From Candidatus Kaiserbacteria bacterium (GTDB taxonomy: Bacteria; Patescibacteriota; Minisyncoccia; Phycocordibacterales; UBA2100): a stretch of DNA of 64,000 nucleotides. Location of the stretch: contig JACROD010000020.1 of assembly GCA_016214605.1 (NCBI GenBank), positions 30,158 to 94,157 on the forward strand, given 5' to 3'. Each line of letters opens with the position of its first letter. The first letter of the stretch is position 1. Made by a program: the position numbers and the translations under genes. Shown one piece after another: positions 29,540-40,012 of this stretch. The notes under the pieces are model-generated. The model was not told the origin of the DNA. It ran no database searches and saw only the letters and a program-made list of their open reading frames with translations.

Positions 29540-29929
29540 GGTGGAGGTGCGGGGAATTGAACCCCGGTCCAAAGAAAGATGTCGTGTATGGTCTACGTCG
29601 CGTAGGTCATCTGGTTTTTTTAAGAACAACGTAATCAAGATGAACAGAAATACGGTGTACCGAGCTCTTGTCTTAGATACATGTCGAGCGGCATGTATCA
29701 GTGCCTGATAGGTTTGACGCCTCGCGAATTCTACTCAGGTGATCAAATTCGGAGACGGAGCTTAGGCTACGAGAGCGTAAGCTGGCTGCAAATCTGCCAT
29801 CTGGATAGGTGACAAAACTGCCCGTGCTACTTTGTTCGCACTTAGGTTTTTGTGGCGGTTTGAAAAGTCACCACAGCTTTGCGACGCACATACAGGAATC
29901 GGTTTCCCTGTCGAAGCCAAGTCACCCCC
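29540..29929 (-). ncRNA. ssrA: tmRNA (SsrA)
   Basis: 5' GGGGGUGACUUGGCUUCGACAGGG…, tRNA-like 3' end GGUUCAAUUCCCCGCACCUCCACCA, acceptor G3:U70, tag frame ending …PAYALVA-UAA, smpB adjacent. Confidence 0.85.
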
Positions 29930-30151
29930 CGTGAGATACGAAAACAAAAAGTTCTAGATGCTTTCTCAATTGTTGAATGTAAGAGTAAAAGTAATGTAGG
30001 TGTTCTCTTTTATTCGAGCTGTCGTGAAGTTTGGTATCTCACGGGGACTGGCTGTGCTTGCCCCGTGACAGCCATGCTGTTTTACGGGGTTGATCGAATG
30101 TCGGAATGTGGGGCGGAATCGTGCAACGACTCCGCCACAAGGGTAGCGATG

Positions 30152-30424
30152 CTACCGGAACATCATGTCGAGCGGCACCGGGTCGCCGTATCCATAAGGC
30201 AGCGACGAATAGCCGTCTTCTTCGCTTGACCGCGCCAGCCGCCGCCCATCCTGGAGAACGAGTTCGCCGCCAAGATTGCGCTCTTCAGCGTCGCGTTGAC
30301 GCCATAGGTGACGCAAACTCAACGTCGGGTCGTCGCCCTCGTCGACGAATGGGGCAGTGCGATGTGCGTTAGGCATAGTATCCTCCATAAACGTGGACTC
30401 TCTTTTTGGTCCACATTTCGACAT
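30152..30424 (-). CDS. Hypothetical small acidic protein
   Basis: ORF track; GC3-rich codon usage like neighbouring genes. Confidence 0.3.
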   Translation of the reverse strand: MSKCGPKRESTFMEDTMPNAHRTAPFVDEGDDPTLSLRHLWRQRDAEERNLGGELVLQDGRRLARSSEEDGYSSLPYGYGDPVPLDMMFR

Positions 30425-30448
30425 TCGATCTATGTGCCCCGTGAGTAA

Positions 30449-30928
30449 TTAAAAATTACTTTTACGGGGTTTATTTTTCAAGGTACGTCTCAGCTCTCGC
30501 TCGGTATCGCGCTTTTTTATGGTCTCGCGTTTGTCTTGCTTTTGCTTGCCGCGCGCGATGGCTATTTCGAGCTTCAACCTCCTTTTTCTATTATACACCG
30601 CTATAGGGATGACTGTCAAGCCCTGCTCTCCCTCTGCTGCCGCCACCCGGGCTATTTCCTTCTGATTGAGCAATAGACGGCGCGTTCGCTCGGGATCGTA
30701 GCTCTTTGGTGCGTTGGCTGCCTGCCAAGCGGGGATCGTGGCGCCCACCAGATAGGCCTCTCCAGCGCGCGCCACGACCCTGGCGCCCTTGAGCGAGCCG
30801 AGGCCTGCCCGCAGAGATCGGACCTCATATCCGTGCAATTCTAGACCCGCCTCGATCGTCTCGAGGATATGGTAGTCAAAGGTCGCCCGTTTGTTGTCGA
30901 TGAGGGACATTACTGTATCATGCTTCAT
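30449..30928 (-). CDS. smpB: SsrA-binding protein
   Basis: …ATFDYHILETIEAGLELHGYEVRSLRAG…, basic C-tail. Confidence 0.9.
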   Translation of the reverse strand: MKHDTVMSLIDNKRATFDYHILETIEAGLELHGYEVRSLRAGLGSLKGARVVARAGEAYLVGATIPAWQAANAPKSYDPERTRRLLLNQKEIARVAAAEGEQGLTVIPIAVYNRKRRLKLEIAIARGKQKQDKRETIKKRDTERELRRTLKNKPRKSNF

Positions 30929-30963
30929 AGAAGCCGAATTGGCTATAGTAGTGGGAGGCTCCG

Positions 30964-31194
30964 ATGGGTATCACATTCGAGATCTCGTTGCACAATGTCC
31001 CCCAAAAGATCCTTCAAAACGCTTGTTTTGAAAGGGACTTTATTAAACGTATGCAAAAATTGCTAACCGATTATCAACTGGACAATGATCTGGAGGATAC
31101 CAATATAGAGGCGTATGTCACAGACAAAGACTCGGAAGACAAAGAAGTCTTCATTATTTGCGCAAAGATCGCTGAGGACACAAATTATCGATGA
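30964..31194 (+). CDS. Hypothetical (AT-rich region; may be frameshifted with 31115-31303)
   Basis: ORF track only. Confidence 0.2.
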   Translation: MGITFEISLHNVPQKILQNACFERDFIKRMQKLLTDYQLDNDLEDTNIEAYVTDKDSEDKEVFIICAKIAEDTNYR

Positions 31195-31303
31195 TCTTGA
31201 ACTTGATCTAATGAAGGACATTGCCGAGCTACTTGCGGATCTGGTAGAAAAATATCGCGAAAACGCCGGTAGAAAGGGCAAAAAATCGCAGAAGCACAAG
31301 TGA
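31115..31303 (+). CDS. Hypothetical (overlapping frame)
   Basis: ORF track only. Confidence 0.2.
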   Translation: MSQTKTRKTKKSSLFAQRSLRTQIIDDLELDLMKDIAELLADLVEKYRENAGRKGKKSQKHK

Positions 31304-31313
31304 CAGATGGCCG

Positions 31314-33299
31314 TTGATCCAACGGCCATCTTCTTTTAAAAGACACGTAAATGTGTATAATTCTCCGATGACAGCCTCGGAAAATCATGACAAAAAGAAG
31401 CCAATAAAGCCTTCCGGAGGACCTTCTTTGGGGCAGAATATATGGTTTCAGCTCGTCGTCGCCTTCGGCGTATTTCTCCTCCTTTCCGGCGGGTATTCGC
31501 TCGTCCGCGAGTACGTATTGACCCAAAAGGAAGAAGTGCCGATCTCACAGATCGCTGAAGACATCAATGCGAGCAAGATCTCCAAGATTGTCGTGGCAGG
31601 TGACGCAGTGACCGCGACTTACACCGACAAGACCGAAAAGACTTCTCATAAAGAGACCGAAAATTCTCTCACACAGACACTCTCGAATTACAACATCGTT
31701 CCCGAGAAGCTCGCGTCGACCACGATCGAGATCCAGGATCAGAGCGGTCCGCGTTATTGGTTCCTTACGCTCGCCCCGCTCCTCATCCCCGTCATTCTCC
31801 TTTTTGCGATGATCTGGTATCTCTCGCGTCAGCTGCGCGGCGGCGGCATGCAGGCGCTTTCGTTTGGCCGCTCGATGGCGCGCTTGGTGCGACCTGAGGA
31901 TCAAAAGGTCACCTTCGCCGATGTGGCAGGCGCCAAAGAAGCCAAAGTCGAGCTCTTGGAGATCGTCGACTTCCTCAAGAATCCCGGCAAGTTTATCCAG
32001 ATCGGCGCGAGCATCCCCAAGGGCGTGCTTCTCATGGGTGCACCGGGCACCGGCAAGACCCTGCTCGCGCGCGCAGTCGCGGGCGAGGCGGGCGTGCCAT
32101 TCTTCTCAATTTCGGGATCGGAATTCGTCGAGATGTTTGTCGGCGTGGGCGCATCGCGCGTGCGCGACCTCTTTGATACCGCCAAGAAAGCTTCACCCGC
32201 AATCGTATTCATCGACGAGATCGACGCCGTGGGCCGCGCACGCGGTGCGGGCACCGGCGGAGGCAACGACGAGCGTGAGCAGACCCTCAATCAGATATTG
32301 GTCGAGATGGACGGCTTCGAGCCCAATGAAAAGGTCATCGTCATGGCCGCGACCAATCGCCCCGATGTGCTCGACCCCGCCTTGCTTCGCCCCGGCCGCT
32401 TTGATCGCCGCGTGACCATTGATGTGCCGGATCGCAAAGACCGCGAAGAGATATTGAAGACTCATGCGCGCAAGAAGCCGCTCGGTCCGGATGTAAATCT
32501 CACCGTGATCGCCGAGCGCACGCCGGGATTCTCCGGTGCCGACCTCGCCAATCTCATGAACGAAGCCGCGATCCTCGCCGCGCGCGAAGACCGCCGCGAG
32601 ATCACGCAGTATGATCTGATCCGCAGTATCGAAAAGGTCATGCTCGGACCCGAGCGCCGCTCTCATGTGCTCAATGCGCGCGAGAAAGAGATCACCGCGT
32701 ATCACGAAGCGGGCCATGCGCTCGTCGCGTCGATCCTTCCGCATGCCGATCCGGTGCACAAGATCTCGATTATCAGCCGCGGGCGCGCCGCCGGCTACAC
32801 GCTCAAGCTTCCTTTTGAAGAATCGCGGATGCATTCACGCAAACATTTCCTCGATGATATCGCGGTATCGCTCGGCGGCTATATCGCCGAAAAGATGGTG
32901 TACGACGACGTGACGACCGGCGCCTCCAACGACCTCCAGGTGCTCTCGTCGCTCGCGCGCGACATGGTCACGCGCTACGGTATGTCCGACAAGATGGGGC
33001 CTGTCGCGTATGATGCTGCGGTAGGCCGCACACTCTTTGGTGGCGGGCTCGAAGGGGGCGAGCAGTCGCAAGAGGTGGCTGCGCAGATCGACGCCGAGGT
33101 CAAGTCGATCATCACCCATGCGCACAAGCGCGCACAAGATGTGATGACAGAGCACCGCAAGGCGCTCGACGCGATCGCCAAGGCGCTGGTAGAGGTAGAG
33201 ACGCTCGAACGCGATGATTTTGAAAAGATTCTTATCGCCAACGGTATTACGCCCAAGAAGAAGGACGACGACATTGTAGGGAAGACGATCACGGGTTAA
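31314..33299 (+). CDS. ftsH: ATP-dependent zinc metalloprotease FtsH
   Basis: [20 protein letters not shown] zinc motif; start may be 31368. Confidence 0.9.
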   Translation: MIQRPSSFKRHVNVYNSPMTASENHDKKKPIKPSGGPSLGQNIWFQLVVAFGVFLLLSGGYSLVREYVLTQKEEVPISQIAEDINASKISKIVVAGDAVTATYTDKTEKTSHKETENSLTQTLSNYNIVPEKLASTTIEIQDQSGPRYWFLTLAPLLIPVILLFAMIWYLSRQLRGGGMQALSFGRSMARLVRPEDQKVTFADVAGAKEAKVELLEIVDFLKNPGKFIQIGASIPKGVLLMGAPGTGKTLLARAVAGEAGVPFFSISGSEFVEMFVGVGASRVRDLFDTAKKASPAIVFIDEIDAVGRARGAGTGGGNDEREQTLNQILVEMDGFEPNEKVIVMAATNRPDVLDPALLRPGRFDRRVTIDVPDRKDREEILKTHARKKPLGPDVNLTVIAERTPGFSGADLANLMNEAAILAAREDRREITQYDLIRSIEKVMLGPERRSHVLNAREKEITAYHEAGHALVASILPHADPVHKISIISRGRAAGYTLKLPFEESRMHSRKHFLDDIAVSLGGYIAEKMVYDDVTTGASNDLQVLSSLARDMVTRYGMSDKMGPVAYDAAVGRTLFGGGLEGGEQSQEVAAQIDAEVKSIITHAHKRAQDVMTEHRKALDAIAKALVEVETLERDDFEKILIANGITPKKKDDDIVGKTITG

Positions 33300-33354
33300 A
33301 TAAAAAAAAGAGAAAAGAGAAACTGCAGCGCACACAGTGCGCCGCAGCATTTTC

Positions 33355-33645
33355 TCACTCCAAATAAGGGAGAATGTGTATTTTCTTGCAAGAACTGCAG
33401 CGGTACGCGAGCCCGTCTGACATGCCGCGATCCACCTCTTTTTGAAGTGCATCCTCGGCCTCGATATCGCCCTCGCGTGTTTCATGAAGATCTGCACCGC
33501 AAGAGGTGCATGCGGGTGTTTTCCGCAATTCGTTTTTCTTGGTGCCGTATCTCGCGCATTCATACATGATGCGCCACTCGCGCCATGTGTTGCGGGTTTG
33601 GCGAACGATGCGCCAGTCATGTGAGCATCCAGCCTCTGGTGCCAT
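33355..33645 (-). CDS. Small Cys-rich (zinc-ribbon-like) hypothetical protein
   Basis: C…H…C…CTSC…CSSC pattern. Confidence 0.4.
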   Translation of the reverse strand: MAPEAGCSHDWRIVRQTRNTWREWRIMYECARYGTKKNELRKTPACTSCGADLHETREGDIEAEDALQKEVDRGMSDGLAYRCSSCKKIHILPYLE

Positions 33646-33761
33646 TTTGATATCTCCTCGATTATCCCTCAATACAAGAATAGATCAGTCCTAAAAAGAC
33701 AGTATTCCACAAGACGTACGAATTTGCAATGATATTTGAAATGTTGTCTTATTATTAACCA

Positions 33762-34631
33762 TCAGCTGGTCATAATGAGTGTTTCGGCAGGCGGCATGCT
33801 TGGGAGAGGCTGGAGCGCGCGCATGAGCCGTGTCATGCCGATACCGCCGCCGAAGCGGGGAAAGAATCCGAGCGACAAGAATTCTTCAAGCTCCTTTTCA
33901 ACACGTTGTTTACCGAACTTATCGTACAATAGTTGTGCGTATTTGCCGTCGGAGATCGTATGGAATCGCTCACGCATCTCTTGTGCGTTGGATGATCGTT
34001 CTGCCGATCCAATCGTCTCCATACCGTCGATGATCACATCGATCTTGTGGGCGATCGCCCCATCGCGGCGCATATTCCAAAAGGGCGATGTGTGCTCGGG
34101 GAAGTGCTCGAGAAAGACGACCCTGCCGAATTCCTCTGCCATCTTTTTCTCGTGAGCGGCTGACAAGTCGTCAGTATCATAATGCCTCGCGAGTTCTGCG
34201 TATGAAGCGTGTTTGAATGATTTCTTGGATCCGAGCCTTAGATATTCACACAGATCTTCTTCGAGCGCGCGCAGATCGTCGAGGGTGCCGTGCGACTCGA
34301 ATTCAAACATGGGGAACATACGCTCATGCCGGCCGGGGATTGGATGGGGTTCGTTGCGGTAGCTCGTCGAGAGACAAAACACGCCAGGGAGATGGGGGTT
34401 GGTGAGCAATTCGTATTCGAGCCACATTTGGCCCGTTTGCGGCAGAGGCCACACCTCCCCGCCGTATTCGAACGTCGCCACGGTCGTCGGATCCTCACAG
34501 GCGGCGAGAATCGAAAGTCGATCCTGTGTATGTGCTTCGACGAATCCTTTTGATAAGAAAAAACCGCGGAGTTTCTGCGCGGTCTCTGAGAAAGCGACGA
34601 TATCTGCAGTTGGTTTGTGATTGTGTATCAT
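33762..34631 (-). CDS. Class II aaRS-like catalytic-core protein (archaeal-type AsnA / aspartate-ammonia ligase-like)
   Basis: motif 2 SYRNE, motif 3 GGGIGMTRL, 289 aa. Confidence 0.5.
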   Translation of the reverse strand: MIHNHKPTADIVAFSETAQKLRGFFLSKGFVEAHTQDRLSILAACEDPTTVATFEYGGEVWPLPQTGQMWLEYELLTNPHLPGVFCLSTSYRNEPHPIPGRHERMFPMFEFESHGTLDDLRALEEDLCEYLRLGSKKSFKHASYAELARHYDTDDLSAAHEKKMAEEFGRVVFLEHFPEHTSPFWNMRRDGAIAHKIDVIIDGMETIGSAERSSNAQEMRERFHTISDGKYAQLLYDKFGKQRVEKELEEFLSLGFFPRFGGGIGMTRLMRALQPLPSMPPAETLIMTS

Positions 34632-34858
34632 AGATCTTTTTTAGTGATTAAGAGCCCAATAATAAAAAATCCTCCGGATGGAGGATAAAATGAAACGGCG
34701 TTTGCCAATCTGCCGTCTGTTTTGTTGATAAAAATTGCCATAGGCAAATTACAGGCAGGTTAAACCTTTGCGGGCGGAACGCAAGGAGAGTTATCCCCAG
34801 GGCAAAAAATCCTTTATTTCTGGGGAGAAGTTGCTATAGTGCCTGAAGTCAAAAGAAC

Positions 34859-35788
34859 ATGAAGGGTGTCGACATGGATATCAGAACGGGAATCTTATGC
34901 GATACGGTCGAGCCTTTGGTTATCAGCAGCCTCGACGAACTACAGCGGTACAATGTGCGCGATCTGCGTCCAAAAGTACGCACACGACCACCTTTTATCT
35001 CGATGTGTACACCCGAAGGGTTTCAGGTCAAAGAAGTGCACAATCGCTTCATGGAAGGCAATGTTGAGAAAGTTGATACGGAAAAAGCATTTCGTGAGTG
35101 GTCGGCATTGTATCGGCTTGCCTCGCGCTATGGCCGCGTCGTAATGATGCAGGGCGATTCGACATGTCCCGACATGGTCTTTAAGGCCAATGCCGGATAC
35201 GTCGATCCATACAGCGACCTTGCCATCATGAGCAATATGGTCCATGAGAGTAGGCGCAAAGAGACGCCTTTGTTCAAGAAGTGGCTTGAGGAGCGCTATC
35301 GTGTCGAGTATTTACCTGACACTGTCAGGTGGGAAGGCGGGGGTGATACGATTGAAGACACGAATCGACCGATCACCTGGTGCGGTTATGGTCAGCGCTC
35401 TGAATGGGCGGCTCTGCCTCATGTGAGCAGGTTGCTGCGTCAGCCGGTGATTGCGCTGAAACTCGTATCAAAGCTCTATCATCTTGATACCTGTTTCATC
35501 GTGCTTCCCGGAGGGTTCGTGCTCTATTGTCCTGCTGCGTTCGATGCGGAAGGGCAAGCGATGATTGAATGGATGTTTGATTCGGATCATCGGATCGCGG
35601 TGACGCTCGAAGAAGCCCTGACATTTGTCTGCAACGCACTTGCCTTCGGACGCTACATCTTATTCCCTGCGGGAGCCGAATTCATCGCGTCTCGTGTGGA
35701 GCGATGCGGGTTTGTGCCGCGCTTCACGCCGATGAAAGAGATGTACAAATCGGGCGGATCAAACGCTTGTTGTGGTTTGAAACACTGA
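34859..35788 (+). CDS. Pentein-fold amidinotransferase/DDAH-family protein
   Basis: C-terminal SGGSNACC catalytic-Cys context, ~300 aa. Confidence 0.55.
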   Translation: MKGVDMDIRTGILCDTVEPLVISSLDELQRYNVRDLRPKVRTRPPFISMCTPEGFQVKEVHNRFMEGNVEKVDTEKAFREWSALYRLASRYGRVVMMQGDSTCPDMVFKANAGYVDPYSDLAIMSNMVHESRRKETPLFKKWLEERYRVEYLPDTVRWEGGGDTIEDTNRPITWCGYGQRSEWAALPHVSRLLRQPVIALKLVSKLYHLDTCFIVLPGGFVLYCPAAFDAEGQAMIEWMFDSDHRIAVTLEEALTFVCNALAFGRYILFPAGAEFIASRVERCGFVPRFTPMKEMYKSGGSNACCGLKH

Positions 35789-35849
35789 TCTGCTCATTAA
35801 TGAAAAATCCCCGCGGGCGTTTATACGCGCCCGCGGGTTCTTTTTTGTG

Positions 35850-36959
35850 CTATGCAACGAGCTTCCACCGGATCTTCTCGCCGAGACGGAAGGGGATGAC
35901 CTCTTTTGAAGTCCCGCCATCCGCGATGTGAGGCGAATGGCGCACCGTCCACTCTTCGCGGACGAGCTCGATCGTTTCGTCGGAATCACCGAGGCCGTAG
36001 AAGCGTGCGCCATTGATCGATGCGAATCGTTCGAACCGATCATCGAGTGCACCCATGTTTTCGAATGCTTCGACGTAGAGCTCGATACCCGCATGCGCCA
36101 TCAGTACGCCGCCTGCGCAACAATCCGCACGTTTTTTCTCGACCGGATGCGGTGCGGAATCGCTCCCGAGCCAGACGAATGGTTTGTCGGCTTTGGCGAG
36201 TACACGCAATGCTTCTCGGTGTTCGGTCGGCTGAATGATCGGCCACCAAAACCGCTGCGGATGGAATCCGCCGCGTAACCAATCACGCCGATCGAGCAAG
36301 AGGTGTTGTGCGGTGAGACTGCATCCCAACAAGGGACCACCGTGCTTCAGTAGATACTCGACGCCCCACTTGGTCGACAGATGCTCGACCGATATCTTGA
36401 GCTTGGGATGTGCGTCGCGTATCCGTGGCAAAGTGTGTTCGATAAAGTGTTTCTCTTGATCAAACGGATCAAGTTCGACGCCGTTCTCATCAAAGCCGTC
36501 TGCGGCATGGAGGAGCAAGACGCCGCCGTGTTCTGCGAGCGCTTGCAGACATTCATACGGCCGTGTGCCTGATGTCCAGAGCGATGACGGATTTTTGACT
36601 CCGCTGTCACTGTTGGTCGTGAGGCCGCGGGGATAGTATTTGATCCCCTTCACTGTGCCGACTCCGACCAATGCCTCTACATGACTTGGCTCCAGGGTAT
36701 CGGTAAGATAGAGTGTCATGAGCGGGAGGAAATCCGGTCCCGTTGCCTGCCATATTTCCTTGAGATAACCGCACACCTGAGATTCTGTAGTGATCGGTGG
36801 CACGGTATTGGGCATGACGATCGCCGCGCGAAAACGCTTGGCGACCATCGGGCCGACCATTTTGAGCATCGAATCGCGTCGCAGATGCTCGTGTCCGTCG
36901 AGTGGCTTGCGTATGGCGATCTTCACCGGCAAGCCTTCTGTATCGTGACTTATCTCCAT
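35850..36959 (-). CDS. pyrC: Dihydroorotase (E. coli-type class II)
   Basis: DGHEHLR…MPNTVPP…KYYP…TTNS…LGSDSAPH…. Confidence 0.85.
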   Translation of the reverse strand: MEISHDTEGLPVKIAIRKPLDGHEHLRRDSMLKMVGPMVAKRFRAAIVMPNTVPPITTESQVCGYLKEIWQATGPDFLPLMTLYLTDTLEPSHVEALVGVGTVKGIKYYPRGLTTNSDSGVKNPSSLWTSGTRPYECLQALAEHGGVLLLHAADGFDENGVELDPFDQEKHFIEHTLPRIRDAHPKLKISVEHLSTKWGVEYLLKHGGPLLGCSLTAQHLLLDRRDWLRGGFHPQRFWWPIIQPTEHREALRVLAKADKPFVWLGSDSAPHPVEKKRADCCAGGVLMAHAGIELYVEAFENMGALDDRFERFASINGARFYGLGDSDETIELVREEWTVRHSPHIADGGTSKEVIPFRLGEKIRWKLVA

Positions 36960-37078
36960 TTCTCACTTCCTTTTTGTTGCTTATTATGGACTGGAAGGCA
37001 CTTTAGCAGGAGAGGGGCATAAAAGAAAGCCGGCGGTGCTGCTGCACCGCCAGCCATGAGATACTCTGTTTCCAAAGA

Positions 37079-38035
37079 TCATAAGACTCCCAAAAGGTCT
37101 CCGAGTAGGTGGGTTATGAATCGCGGGTCTTCATTCGCCTCGCGATATCCACTGTTGATCTGTACAAGGACCGATCCGGCGCGGAAATATTTTGCCGCAC
37201 TGTTCACGTCGACCACGCCGCCCACACCGATATCAAACTTGCCTTCAGGCAGTGTCCGTGCCGCAAGCTCGGCTTGGCCCAACGAGCTGGGGAGGACTGC
37301 CGGTCCGCCCATGCCGCCTCGGGTGATGCCGAATTTGTCGGTGCGGATCGTTGGTCGGCCGCTCTCGTCATAGTTGAACGTATTGGCCAGTGTGTTTGAC
37401 GTCACGATGCCGTCGAAGACGCGGGATGTCGCGACCTTCGTTATGTTGTGCATCAGGATCGGATGCGGCATGCCCGCCGATACTTTCCATGTGATGATCG
37501 TGTTAGTGGTTCCAATCTCCTTCTCGGCTCGCTCGAATAGCATATCGATCGATTCCGGATCGAAACACATGATCGGCATCGGTCGGTCTTTGCCGTCGAA
37601 TTTGTTCGGACATGCGCCGTTGACCGTGATGAGGGGAAAGCCGACCGCGAGCGCGCGTTTGATGAGTACGATCGTGTCGTCCACGCTCGTGCCCGAGACA
37701 TTGATGCCGATGGGTTTGCCGTGATCGGCATAGATCCTCACAAGTTCTCGCCCGTGCTTCTCTATGTGTGCGATACCTGGATTGGGTAGGCCGAGCGAGT
37801 TTTGCGTGTACAACAAAACGGGGCGTCCGCCGACATTGATGTATTCGGCATGATAATCGAGCCCGCCGTTTCCGCTCGATTCCATGGTCGTAAAAGACCC
37901 TATTTCCGGTATGACATCGGTCGCGGCTAGAGCCTTGGCTTGTTCAAATGTCTTCACGACCCCGGCGGCTAGCATAATCGGATAGGGGAATACGACCCCC
38001 TTGATCTCTCGCTGCAGCCTTGCAAGTTCTTCCAT
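37079..38035 (-). CDS. pyrD: Dihydroorotate dehydrogenase (class 1)
   Basis: …NSLGLPNPG…NGACPN…. Confidence 0.85.
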   Translation of the reverse strand: MEELARLQREIKGVVFPYPIMLAAGVVKTFEQAKALAATDVIPEIGSFTTMESSGNGGLDYHAEYINVGGRPVLLYTQNSLGLPNPGIAHIEKHGRELVRIYADHGKPIGINVSGTSVDDTIVLIKRALAVGFPLITVNGACPNKFDGKDRPMPIMCFDPESIDMLFERAEKEIGTTNTIITWKVSAGMPHPILMHNITKVATSRVFDGIVTSNTLANTFNYDESGRPTIRTDKFGITRGGMGGPAVLPSSLGQAELAARTLPEGKFDIGVGGVVDVNSAAKYFRAGSVLVQINSGYREANEDPRFITHLLGDLLGVL

Positions 38036-38127
38036 TTTCTACTCCTGTTATAGAACTGAACTGCGTGACACCATACCTTCTGGCGGTTATGTAGGCAAAT
38101 CGAGTGTAGTGGTATACTCCAAAGACC

Positions 38128-39270
38128 ATGAAAAAGACAAATCCTGATATCTCGAAGAAAGCGCTGGCGCTTCACAAGAAGCTGGGTGGCAAGATTCGTG
38201 TCGTGCCGGCTGCTCCGGTACGCAACAAGACGGATCTTTCGCTCATCTATACACCCGGCGTGGCAGCTGTATCTTCTCATGTGGCTGCAAATCCGGAACA
38301 GGCGCGCGAATACACCATGAAAGGCCGGACGGTCGCCGTCATTTCCGATGGTTCTGCCGTGCTCGGTTTGGGCAATATCGGTCCTTTGGGCGCACTACCT
38401 GTCATGGAGGGAAAGGCAGCGCTTTTCAAGACCTTTGCCGATGTCGATGCGGTGCCGATCGTACTCGATACGCAAAATAGCGACGAGATCGTCGAGACGG
38501 TCAAGCGCATTGCCCCCGCATTTGGCGGCATCAATCTCGAAGACATCAGTGCGCCGCGGTGTTTTGATATCGAGAAGCGTCTCATCGAGGCGCTCGATAT
38601 CCCCATTATGCACGACGATCAGCATGGTACGGCGGTCGTGGTGCTCGCAGGGCTCATCAATGCGCTCAAGGTGGTCGGCAAGGATCTTGCGACCGCATGC
38701 ATCGTGATATCGGGTGCGGGTGCCGCTGGGACGGCGATCGCCAAGCTCCTCAAGCTTGCCGGCGCACTCGACATCACCGTCCTCGACAGCAAAGGGATCA
38801 TCTACATGGGGCGTATCGACATAGCGGAGCATAAGCGTGAGCTCGCCATGCTCACCAAGCACGGTGTCGGCGGTCTCAGAGTCGCGCTTACTGGCGCGGA
38901 CGTGCTTGTAGGCGTATCGGGGCCGCGGCTCGCGACTGCAGAGGATATCAGACTCATGGCGCCCCAGGCGATCGTCTTTGCGATGGCAAATCCGACACCC
39001 GAGATCATGCCCGATGAGGCCAAGAAAGGGGGAGCAGCGATCGTGGCGACCGGACGATCCGATTTTCCCAATCAGATCAATAATTCACTCGCTTTCCCGG
39101 GGATATTTCGCGGCGCACTCGATCATCGCGTATCGCGCATCACCGACGAGATGAAGCTCGCCGCGGCGCGCGCGATCGCCGGTCTCGTCAAAAAGCCCAC
39201 CGCCCAAAAGATCGTGCCAGATATGTTTGATAAAAAAGTGGCGCCCACGGTCGCCAAGGTGATACAGTAG
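38128..39270 (+). CDS. NAD(P)-dependent malic enzyme (short form)
   Basis: ~380 aa, …YTPGVA…, Rossmann GAGAAG. Confidence 0.8.
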   Translation: MKKTNPDISKKALALHKKLGGKIRVVPAAPVRNKTDLSLIYTPGVAAVSSHVAANPEQAREYTMKGRTVAVISDGSAVLGLGNIGPLGALPVMEGKAALFKTFADVDAVPIVLDTQNSDEIVETVKRIAPAFGGINLEDISAPRCFDIEKRLIEALDIPIMHDDQHGTAVVVLAGLINALKVVGKDLATACIVISGAGAAGTAIAKLLKLAGALDITVLDSKGIIYMGRIDIAEHKRELAMLTKHGVGGLRVALTGADVLVGVSGPRLATAEDIRLMAPQAIVFAMANPTPEIMPDEAKKGGAAIVATGRSDFPNQINNSLAFPGIFRGALDHRVSRITDEMKLAAARAIAGLVKKPTAQKIVPDMFDKKVAPTVAKVIQ

Positions 39271-39275
39271 TCAAC

Positions 39276-39309
39276 TTGACTTTGAAAATATGTACATTAT
39301 CATGTACAT
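39276..39309 (+). promoter_or_regulatory. Promoter/operator of phd-relE: TTGACT + tandem palindromic ATGTACAT x2
   Basis: ttgact…atgtacattatcatgtacat ATG. Confidence 0.4.
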
Positions 39310-39585
39310 ATGGATTCTCAGTACACACTTTCTATTTCGGAAGCACGAGCGAAGATTTCCGATATTGCCGAAGATGCGCAGGCGCCGCACAAGATATACA
39401 CGCTTACCGAGCACGGCAAGCCCAAGGTAGTGCTCATGTCCGCCGAAGAATTCGAGTCATGGAAAGAGACGGTCGAAGTCTTGCATGAGGTTCCTGATAT
39501 CTTTGAGCGGATCAAAGAAGCAAAAAATCCCAAAAGCCTTATTCCATTCGAAGTTATAAAAAAGAAGTGGTCTAAAAAGAAGTAG
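39310..39585 (+). CDS. Phd/YefM-family antitoxin
   Basis: …ISEARAKISDI…PKVVLMSAEEFESWKET…. Confidence 0.8.
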   Translation: MDSQYTLSISEARAKISDIAEDAQAPHKIYTLTEHGKPKVVLMSAEEFESWKETVEVLHEVPDIFERIKEAKNPKSLIPFEVIKKKWSKKK

Positions 39586-39588
39586 ACT

Positions 39589-39840
39589 ATGCATAGGGTC
39601 TATTTTACCCGTAGTGCTCGAAAAGAAGTTGATGCGCTTGAAGACAAATACCAAGACAAGGCGGCGCGTATTATCGACAGTCTTGCCCACGATCCCTCTC
39701 AAGGCAAGAAATTGCAAGGAGAGCTCGACGGCCAATACTCCGTACGAGCATGGCCCTTTCGTATCGTGTATGAGATCCGAAAGAAACAGCTGTATATTAT
39801 CGTATTGTCGGTCAAGCACCGGAAAGATGCATATCGTTGA
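39589..39840 (+). CDS. RelE/ParE-family toxin
   Basis: …YFTRSARKEVDAL…RIVYEI…LYIIVLSVKHRKDAYR. Confidence 0.8.
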   Translation: MHRVYFTRSARKEVDALEDKYQDKAARIIDSLAHDPSQGKKLQGELDGQYSVRAWPFRIVYEIRKKQLYIIVLSVKHRKDAYR

Positions 39841-39906
39841 GTTTGAAAACATGCCATTATGGGAGTACATTACTATGGCGCTCAAGTATTTGGGAGAACA
39901 GAACAT

Positions 39907-39979
39907 CCGTCCGTAGCTCAATGGTTAGAGCACGAAGCTTATACCTTCGGGGTTCCTGGTTCGAGTCCAGGCGGACGGA
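39907..39979 (+). tRNA. tRNA-Ile (anticodon UAU)
   Basis: Canonical cloverleaf folded by hand: acceptor ccgtccg/cggacgg, D gctc/gagc, anticodon stem cgaag/cttcg, loop cUUAUAc, T-arm cctgg-ttcgagt-ccagg; CCA not encoded. Confidence 0.75.
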
Positions 39980-40012
39980 CACGATATTGGTCTTGGTTTT
40001 ATTTGGTATGCT

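Noticed and set aside
29762-29947. 61-aa ORF on minus strand
   Set aside because: It is the tag-peptide frame inside tmRNA, not an independent gene.
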